A stretch of 29,728 bases of DNA, taken from the IMG/VR virus record IMGVR_UViG_3300025751_000095, positions 1-29,728 of that record; one strand, given 5' to 3'. Under the pieces are notes generated by a model. The model was given only the letters and a program-made list of their open reading frames with translations. It searched no databases and had not been told where the DNA came from. The stretch is from a virus (taxonomy: Duplodnaviria > Caudoviricetes). Made by a program: the position numbers and the translations under genes. This document shows, piece after piece, positions 1 through 6,284 of this stretch (the stretch's first letter is position 1; every line of letters starts with the position of its first letter).

Positions 1-32
1 CTCTATGACCTATACACTCCACTGGATAGCCT

Positions 33-266
33 ATGAAAGCATACAGTTTAGCCGAGTTTACTAAGCTCTTAAATGAGTGTGACATGGTGTATGGCACTAT
101 TAGCCTAAATGCCGCTGTCAACGTGCCTGTGAGGCTCAGGAAGAAGACCCTGATGAAACACCTAGAGAGCATTAATTCTGCTCCCGGTACATGGGCAAAT
201 GAGCTTAGTGTCTTCGCAGAAGTTACCACCAGTCCCAAGGGAAATAAGGTCCTGAAGCTGGTGTAG
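33..266 (+). CDS. Hypothetical phage protein (77 aa)
   Basis: ATG ORF ending directly before the tmRNA; no recognisable motif. Confidence 0.65.
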   Translation: MKAYSLAEFTKLLNECDMVYGTISLNAAVNVPVRLRKKTLMKHLESINSAPGTWANELSVFAEVTTSPKGNKVLKLV

Positions 267-417
267 TTGTTCGCCGTTGATTTGTAGAAGACAGTAAGCA
301 GGACCGGGGGGCAGTACCCCGCACCTCCACCAACTATGGGGGTGAACTAGGATCGACTGGTACTAGACGCTACAATGAGGCAACCGAGTGGTTCCGTAAG
401 AACCAATCCCTATAAGT

Positions 418-459
418 GCTAACAACTATGTTGCACCTTCTGTAGCCATTGCGGCATAA
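418..459 (+). other. tmRNA tag reading frame (A)ANNYVAPSVAIAA*
   Basis: gct aac aac tat gtt gca cct tct gta gcc att gcg gca taa; C-terminal AA as in ClpXP ssrA degrons. Confidence 0.9.
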
Positions 460-491
460 CAGACGGGCCTCCGAGGGGCCTTGGAACAGAA

Positions 492-507
492 GGGGGCTTC
501 GGCCCCC
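492..507 (+). terminator. GC-rich cUUCGg hairpin at the tmRNA 3' end (terminator or processing/stability stem)
   Basis: GGGGGC-TTCG-GCCCCC; only a weak U tract follows. Confidence 0.55.
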
Positions 508-537
508 ACTCGTTTATAATTATAATAAGAGGAAAAA

Positions 538-1119
538 ATGAAACAATTTCTAACTTCCGGCATTATTGCTATTGCTCTGTCTGGGGTGGCAGCAGCACAG
601 GTGGATCAGGTTTATACTGCCTCTCCACAGAATACCTACCTTGAGATTGGCACCACCTTTGAAGACGAGACTATTATTGCTCTCGGCACTGGTGTCAGCG
701 GGGGAGGCGTAGCTGCTTTTGCAGAACTCTCTGGCACCACTGACAGCAACTTCAAAGCACGGGCTTACACTGAAGCAGACCTTGGTAAGTTCAAGATCAC
801 TCCGGGCCTGAACTACAGTTGGGGTGATTCTGGCGGCGACATCATCGGCTTTGGTGATGGTAACGAGTGGGGTGATGTCTCTGCTGATCTGGAGCTTTCT
901 GTCCACCCAATGATCGTTGGCGGTGAGTATGCCTTTGTCAACACCGAAGTCGGCTTCGACGGCTGGTCTCTGGACTGGCAGGGTGGAGAAGTAGGTGCTG
1001 GCTACAAGCTGAACCTTGCTGAGAACGTCTACTTTGATGGCCGTGTAAGCTGGTCCTACGACGATCAGTTTGAGGGTGGCCAGCGTCGTATCCTTGCAGG
1101 TATCGGCCTCCGCTTCTAA
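538..1119 (+). CDS. Outer-membrane beta-barrel protein (porin/Omp-like)
   Basis: SD AGAGG; Sec signal peptide (MKQFLTSGIIAIALSGVAAA-Q); alternating aromatic/Gly beta strands; C-terminal BAM-type signature AGIGLRF. Confidence 0.8.
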   Translation: MKQFLTSGIIAIALSGVAAAQVDQVYTASPQNTYLEIGTTFEDETIIALGTGVSGGGVAAFAELSGTTDSNFKARAYTEADLGKFKITPGLNYSWGDSGGDIIGFGDGNEWGDVSADLELSVHPMIVGGEYAFVNTEVGFDGWSLDWQGGEVGAGYKLNLAENVYFDGRVSWSYDDQFEGGQRRILAGIGLRF

Positions 1120-1138
1120 GCCTCCCTAAATCTAGGCA

Positions 1139-1181
1139 TAAAAGAACCCCCGTGGGAATCAACCTACGGGGGTTTTAGTTT
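1139..1181. terminator. Bidirectional intrinsic terminator between convergent units
   Basis: AACCCCCGTGGG-aatcaa-CCTACGGGGGTT stem with an A run on the left and a T run on the right. Confidence 0.85.
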
Positions 1182-1188
1182 GGCCAAT

Positions 1189-1512
1189 CTATTTTTTAAT
1201 TAGCAGTGTTTTGATTAGCCATCCTATAGGGTGAAAGATCTTCCTCAGTATCTCACCGGGAGATGGAAGTATCCAACCCAATATCAATAATGCCAGCAGC
1301 ATGAAGTTCGTGTTAGTGATGTTGACAATGCCAGCCATAGGGACGGCATCTCCCGCAACATCGGACAGTAGCTCTGTAGCCTGTTCTAACTGAGGGTTGC
1401 CTGTGGCCTCTGCGACTATGGTAGCTCCTTGTGAGAGCAAGCCTAGAGGCGTACAGGCCGTCAGAAAGAACAGGACTACAAATAGGGCTGCTAGGGGTTT
1501 AACGATCCTCAT
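1189..1512 (-). CDS. Probable unimolecular spanin (lipoprotein with C-terminal TM helix)
   Basis: Lipobox LTA-C20 after a hydrophobic signal; C-terminal hydrophobic segment FMLLALLILGWIL followed by a basic tail; last gene of the lysis cassette. Confidence 0.65.
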   Translation of the reverse strand: MRIVKPLAALFVVLFFLTACTPLGLLSQGATIVAEATGNPQLEQATELLSDVAGDAVPMAGIVNITNTNFMLLALLILGWILPSPGEILRKIFHPIGWLIKTLLIKK

Positions 1513-1798
1513 ATGCCCGTCTCCGAAGAAGCTCTTCTAGGTGCAGGATTGTCGCCTTGGCTTCAGCCAACGCCTCACGAAGCTCTGCAATCTCTCGGAG
1601 TAGGGATTCTTTTTGGTAGTTCAACTTGCCGACTTGCTCAGACAGGGTATCAATCTGTTCCTGTAAGGTTCTACGAAACTCGGAGCGTCGCTCATGTTCC
1701 TGCTCTGTGCGAGCCTGAAAGAAGCGCCATAGACCGGCTGAAGATAGGAGGGCGACTATAATAGGCACCCCAACCATGCTCAAGAACTCAATGACCAT
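1499..1798 (-). CDS. Lysis-cassette membrane protein, one N-terminal TM plus coiled coil (holin/antiholin-like)
   Basis: TM VGVPIIVALLSSAGLW then a charged heptad region; lies between endolysin and spanin. Confidence 0.6.
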   Translation of the reverse strand: MVIEFLSMVGVPIIVALLSSAGLWRFFQARTEQEHERRSEFRRTLQEQIDTLSEQVGKLNYQKESLLREIAELREALAEAKATILHLEELLRRRAYEDR

Positions 1799-2270
1799 CT
1801 GGCCTCTCCACTAATTCAAAATGCGGATAGTCCTTAAAGGTGCGCCAATCGCCTCCCCAGACTATCGGAATATCGAGTATGTCAGATGCTTGCTTCATAG
1901 CAATGGCAATCGGGTAGAAGGCTTCAGGTTCCCAGCTTACAGGAATAGGCACCACGTCTACAGCAAGGCCTGTCAGATGCTTAGACTTCATCGTCTTGCT
2001 CTTGCCAGTATCGTAGTAGTGCCTCTGTTCCTCTGGGGTCCGAAGGCCGTCAGTGATCTCAAACGGCACCTCAGAGAGCTGTCTAGCCAGTATCACGACA
2101 TGATACAAGTCATGGTGTATTTCTGATAAATGCGCCTTAGATCGCTCTGAGAAGCCCCCCTCGTAGGAAAATGACCCCCCATCGTGGGAAAATGAGTTAG
2201 CAGCCCAGAATAGGCCAAAGAGTGCAGCCCAAAAGGCTACAATAAATGCTACAAGGGTGGCACGGGCCAT
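1788..2270 (-). CDS. Endolysin, M15 family Zn peptidase (L-Ala-D-Glu type) with N-terminal signal/SAR-like segment
   Basis: GLRT..EQ, SKH...LAVD, WGGDW and DYPHFEL motifs; hydrophobic residues 5-24. Confidence 0.9.
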   Translation of the reverse strand: MARATLVAFIVAFWAALFGLFWAANSFSHDGGSFSYEGGFSERSKAHLSEIHHDLYHVVILARQLSEVPFEITDGLRTPEEQRHYYDTGKSKTMKSKHLTGLAVDVVPIPVSWEPEAFYPIAIAMKQASDILDIPIVWGGDWRTFKDYPHFELVERPDGH

Positions 2271-2617
2271 GTTACGTCTCTCGGGTCTGTGGTGTTAGCA
2301 GGCAAGTCACGAAGCTGCTGACGATACACTGCCCAAGCCGCACTGTCAACCGGAGCGTCTGGTACTTGAGTCCAGTCAGAGCCTTGTAGCTTGGCATTTC
2401 TGACCATTGTTAGGTCTGCCCATGCTTTGTCTATGGCTTGTTGCTCAAGCACAGAGTCAGATTTGCGTTGCGCCTGACCGTCTACTACTATGTACTCTTC
2501 GGGGTCAAAAGCGCCTTCGACATAGTTTTCTGCGGGATAAGCAAAATCATCAGGTCCATAAGCAACAAATTTAATCTCGCCGGTTTCTGGGTCATATGCG
2601 CTATAAGAAATGCTCAT
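2249..2617 (-). CDS. Tail fibre assembly chaperone-like protein
   Basis: C-terminal RNAKL.GSDWTQ...W..YRQQLRDLP....WP.PP motif typical of phage tail assembly chaperones. Confidence 0.8.
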   Translation of the reverse strand: MSISYSAYDPETGEIKFVAYGPDDFAYPAENYVEGAFDPEEYIVVDGQAQRKSDSVLEQQAIDKAWADLTMVRNAKLQGSDWTQVPDAPVDSAAWAVYRQQLRDLPANTTDPRDVTWPVPPL

Positions 2618-5016
2618 TTAAACATCCTATGTACGATCAGGTTAGCTCTACAAGTTAATCCAGCAGTAGAGCTACCAGAAGTTCGGAAGGCCCGTCCTTC
2701 AACAGTAAAATTTTGTGCAGCTATACTATTAGAAAAAATTACTACTGTATGATCTCCCGGAATACCGTCTCCAACAGAACGAAGGTCTTCACTTACTGTA
2801 GTTTGACCAGTCCCGTTAATAATCGCTTCAAACTTAATAACATCTCCTGAAGCTGGTGTACCACTAACAACTTCAAAGTTAGCTACAAGAACTATCTCAC
2901 AAGCCTTGTTATTAGTAACAGTAAGGGGGCCAAAAGGTATATAAGCAGCGGAGCTTGTAGGAATACTACCAACAGAATAAGACGCCCCAGCAATCGCTGA
3001 AACTGCATTGTCTCCAATCCTATCGGTGACTACAGCAGCAGGAAAGATGTTGGAGGTTTGTACTGCGCTAGTAGCTATCTGAGTGTTAGTTACAGCGTTA
3101 GCAGCAATCTTATCTTCGGTAACTGCATTGTTCTCAATATCATCAGTAGTGATGTCTTTAACAGTAGCATTAACAGGCCCAACCAAAGAACCTAGCGTGT
3201 TGTTAGAAGTGTCGTATGCCTGCGCCCAGAAATATCTGGTGTCGTTGGCGTCAAGGTTACTTAAGACAAAAGACTCACCTGTAACGTTTTGCTGACTTGC
3301 CCCGCCAATACCACTGTCGTCATCATAGTAGATTTTAGTGTAGTTAAAGTCATTGTTAATTGGGTTAGTCCAGTTGACGTAAATCTCTCGTACACCACCA
3401 GAAGCAGTCAGACCAGTGACATCCGTGGTAGAGTTTACATCACCAGAGCCAGCAATAACTGTAGGTCCAAGCACACCGGGAAGGGTGGTGTTGTCAGACT
3501 CAAAGGCTACGTCTTGATACTCGTCATAGGTAGTAGTGGTCGTCTCACGCAGCGTAAGATTGGTTTGTAGATCACCCCCGTCCACAATACCAAAGGACCA
3601 TTGCACAACCTCGAATATCTTGTTTGAGAAGCCTAGCCGAGCGTTAGTGACGTTTACAATGTCACCTACCTGCAAGGCAAAGGCTTGAAGACCGAAGGCT
3701 CCTGTCAGGGTAAGCTGGCTACGGTTACGCTCAAGGGCGATGTTAGCCAACCTCTGTGCCTCACCGGGGCTATCAGTAAACGGCAGGGGCAAGTCCAACA
3801 CAGACTCCAAACCACCATCTATATCAATAAAGGTCTGGCTAGAAACCAGAGGGTAGTCCGTCATCTGGTAGTTACTAGCTGGTCCCTTGAATACCCCTCG
3901 TACTCCGTTGAAGTTATCCCTGCGAGAGTGACGGGTAGAGATGCTCAGAGGCGACCGTAGATCGTCCTCATTCAGCGTTACGGTAGGGGCTACATATTTA
4001 CCGGCTAACAGCCGCCACTTGCCTTGTGCGTACCACAGAGTTCCTGCACAGGTGCCTGTAAGCTGAGTCAGCAAGTCGATAGGGGTCTGAGAGGTTAGCC
4101 AAGCACCGTTACAGGTGTATCTGGTACTGCTATCAGTGGAAACAGTCTCGTCACAGATGTTGGCTGCTGTAGACACTTTGGTGTCATCAATGTTGCCAGT
4201 AGCCTCGCCAAGGCCATAGTCAGAGTTGATGAGATAGTCACGAATAATTAGTGCTGGATTGTCAGACCAAGCTGTAGTGGCAGTACGAGGGTCATAGAGC
4301 TTCTTGCCTCGCACAAGTGCAGTGACTGAGGGCAGACCACTTTGGTAACGGTCAATATCGCCCTCTTCTTCAGGACGGTCAAACTTAAACATAACAGCCA
4401 AGTGAGCAATGCCCTGTAACTTATGGTTAGCAGTCCATTTGCCGCCACCAAAATTAGCGGTCCCAGAACCATCAGGCATAGACAGACTTTGCCCATCCAA
4501 GGAGGTGGTATGTCCACCCAGAATCTTACGAATTTTAATAAACCCGCTAAACCGAGTGTCGGCACTGCCAATGACGTTGCCGTTCTCGTCTACTTCTCGG
4601 ACCTCAGCTACGTTACCGTCTGAGCCAAGAGATGTTACTTTGTAGTTGTCGATGTAAATTTCTTCAAAGGCGTCGATCTCATGCGCTGCATATGCAACGA
4701 TACGACTCAGGTACTTGTTATCTGTGCCGTGTGCATGGTCAAAGACAATAACACCGCCGATCTTAGTCTTGCCATAGACAACCTGATGGTGAAGAGCAGA
4801 ACCCTTCTGGTTGACTGTGTACCCACCAGTAGAAAGCCCTGCCACCTTGGACTGAAGCTCTTCTACTTGCCGTTGGTTCTGATAGGCTAGGTAGCCTTGG
4901 CCGATAGCACCAATGCCAACAAGTGCGGCGGTACCTATAGCCCCAAGGCCAATCACACTAGCCGCACTAGCGCCAGCAAAAGCCCCGCCAAGAATGGCTA
5001 CGCCGGTAATTGCCAT
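2614..5016 (-). CDS. Tail tip / host-specificity protein (lambda J-like, Phage-tail_3 plus FN3-like domain)
   Basis: VVYG, RGKKLYDPR, WSDNPAL..RDYL, GEAQRLA, LQVGD motifs; FN3-like segment; position in the tail-tip module. Confidence 0.88.
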   Translation of the reverse strand: MAITGVAILGGAFAGASAASVIGLGAIGTAALVGIGAIGQGYLAYQNQRQVEELQSKVAGLSTGGYTVNQKGSALHHQVVYGKTKIGGVIVFDHAHGTDNKYLSRIVAYAAHEIDAFEEIYIDNYKVTSLGSDGNVAEVREVDENGNVIGSADTRFSGFIKIRKILGGHTTSLDGQSLSMPDGSGTANFGGGKWTANHKLQGIAHLAVMFKFDRPEEEGDIDRYQSGLPSVTALVRGKKLYDPRTATTAWSDNPALIIRDYLINSDYGLGEATGNIDDTKVSTAANICDETVSTDSSTRYTCNGAWLTSQTPIDLLTQLTGTCAGTLWYAQGKWRLLAGKYVAPTVTLNEDDLRSPLSISTRHSRRDNFNGVRGVFKGPASNYQMTDYPLVSSQTFIDIDGGLESVLDLPLPFTDSPGEAQRLANIALERNRSQLTLTGAFGLQAFALQVGDIVNVTNARLGFSNKIFEVVQWSFGIVDGGDLQTNLTLRETTTTTYDEYQDVAFESDNTTLPGVLGPTVIAGSGDVNSTTDVTGLTASGGVREIYVNWTNPINNDFNYTKIYYDDDSGIGGASQQNVTGESFVLSNLDANDTRYFWAQAYDTSNNTLGSLVGPVNATVKDITTDDIENNAVTEDKIAANAVTNTQIATSAVQTSNIFPAAVVTDRIGDNAVSAIAGASYSVGSIPTSSAAYIPFGPLTVTNNKACEIVLVANFEVVSGTPASGDVIKFEAIINGTGQTTVSEDLRSVGDGIPGDHTVVIFSNSIAAQNFTVEGRAFRTSGSSTAGLTCRANLIVHRMFK

Positions 5017-5017
5017 A

Positions 5018-5488
5018 TTATTTTCCTATATACTTGGAGTACACTCGCTCGATCAGGCCGAAGCCTAAGAACTTCATCACCACGTCAAATGGTCTGTGTA
5101 CTTTTGTATTGATAGTCAGAACTGAAACCCCATCCTGCTGAAGGCATTTCTCTGCAAACTGGATTAGCTTAATACCAGTGTGGCCTTTTCTGTAGTCAGG
5201 GTGCAAGTAGATAACATCATTAACGGCAAAGATATGGTCTTTGTAGTGTAGGTTGTAAGAGGCAACAACTACAAAATATCCTACTAACTTGCCCTCTTCT
5301 CTGGCAGTAAAAATCTTTAGCAAACCTTTACTTTCCAGATAGTGATACCTCTCCCAATCAGGGTTCAGCTTTATCTTGTCTCTATTTAGGGCAATCTCTT
5401 GCCAGTGTTCTTCTAGCAGCGGTCGGATGTCGTTCTCGACTTGTACCAAGAACTCTTGCTGATAATTCACTCGGGTATAGACCCCCAT
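5018..5488 (-). CDS. GNAT-family acetyltransferase-like protein (probable true start GTG at 5470)
   Basis: YLHPDYRKGHTGIKLIQFAE acetyl-CoA-binding motif A; C-terminal LGF motif; GTGA overlap with the upstream stop. Confidence 0.75.
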   Translation of the reverse strand: MGVYTRVNYQQEFLVQVENDIRPLLEEHWQEIALNRDKIKLNPDWERYHYLESKGLLKIFTAREEGKLVGYFVVVASYNLHYKDHIFAVNDVIYLHPDYRKGHTGIKLIQFAEKCLQQDGVSVLTINTKVHRPFDVVMKFLGFGLIERVYSKYIGK

Positions 5489-6024
5489 ATAATCTTCTTG
5501 GTCTGAAGGCCCTCTACAAAATCTAGGCCCTTGTCACCAGCATACTTGTCCTTCTGATATGCAGAGGTATAGCGGGTTGCTGCTGGACGCTCTAGGGCTA
5601 CCAGCTTGTTCTCTACAGTCATAACAATGGTGCTGGTCTCAGGGCCTTCGTCAATCGTCATCTGGTCCATATAGCCAGAAAATACTTCAACGTAGTCTGC
5701 TGGCGTCCCCATGACACCGAAGTATATCTTACAGACTCGACCTTGGTACTGCGTTTGTAGGGCGTGACTAAGCAGGCTTGACGGGATGCCACTCATAGTA
5801 AGAGTAGCGCCCCTAGCTGCTATATCGGCTGTCTCTTCGATAGCTTCGATCTGTAACAAGGCACCAGCACCCTGATAGGTCTTGCTGTTGATGGTTTTGT
5901 CACCAACGCCAGTCCACAGGTATAGCTCACTAGGGGAATCAAAGAGTAGATCGACAGCGAAGAACGGCTCAATAACATCAGCCGTCAACGCTGTCTCTAC
6001 TACAGAGGTAAGGTCTCTACTCAT
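5467..6024 (-). CDS. Minor tail / tail-tip hub protein (gpL-like)
   Basis: LWTG.G, Y.GAG.LL, FSGYMD.M.I, Q...Y.GD.GL.FV..LQ...I.WG pattern typical of siphophage tip proteins. Confidence 0.75.
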   Translation of the reverse strand: MSRDLTSVVETALTADVIEPFFAVDLLFDSPSELYLWTGVGDKTINSKTYQGAGALLQIEAIEETADIAARGATLTMSGIPSSLLSHALQTQYQGRVCKIYFGVMGTPADYVEVFSGYMDQMTIDEGPETSTIVMTVENKLVALERPAATRYTSAYQKDKYAGDKGLDFVEGLQTKKIIWGSIPE

Positions 6025-6227
6025 TTAAGGGAGGTCTTAGCCGTCACTCGACCGTAGACAGCCAATGCACCACCACCTACAGTGATAGCCTGCATAATAA
6101 GGTCTACAATCTGTTGTTGGGAAGCTGCATCTAGCTCAAGACCAAAGCTGGTCAGAACAGAAGAGGCAAGCATAAGCAGTACCCCCCATACAGTCTTCGA
6201 CATAAACCATTGCTTTTGATCAGTCAT
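6021..6227 (-). CDS. Small two-TM holin-like protein (68 aa)
   Basis: SD TAAGGAG before ATG 6227; K.WF.SKTVWG...LAVYGR.TA pattern; two hydrophobic segments. Confidence 0.6.
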   Translation of the reverse strand: MTDQKQWFMSKTVWGVLLMLASSVLTSFGLELDAASQQQIVDLIMQAITVGGGALAVYGRVTAKTSLK

Positions 6228-6284
6228 AATATTCTCCTTAGTTGTTCTTAAAAGTTTGGGGTCCAAGGACCGTATAGAGGGTGG

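Larger units (their letters stand above)
267..507 (+). ncRNA. ssrA: Circularly permuted two-piece tmRNA (alphaproteobacterial type); outer ends approximate
   Basis: T-arm CGGGG-GGCAGTA-CCCCG (305-321); 3' acceptor strand CACCTCC-A-CCA (322-332); 5-nt spacer; 5' acceptor strand GGGGGTG (338-344) giving a 7-bp stem with the G3.U alanine determinant; GGATCGAC motif; ATAAGT-GCT resume context; tag ORF ending AA-stop. Confidence 0.95.

Noticed and set aside
301-344. Stand-alone tRNA or tRNA-derived att site
   Set aside because: No anticodon or D arm; the halves are permuted and followed by a tag ORF, so it is tmRNA; no integrase or duplicated att core in the window
1499-1798. Rz-like inner-membrane spanin
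   Set aside because: Basic residues follow the TM, suggesting a cytoplasmic coiled coil, and the next gene already has both anchors; disfavoured but not excluded
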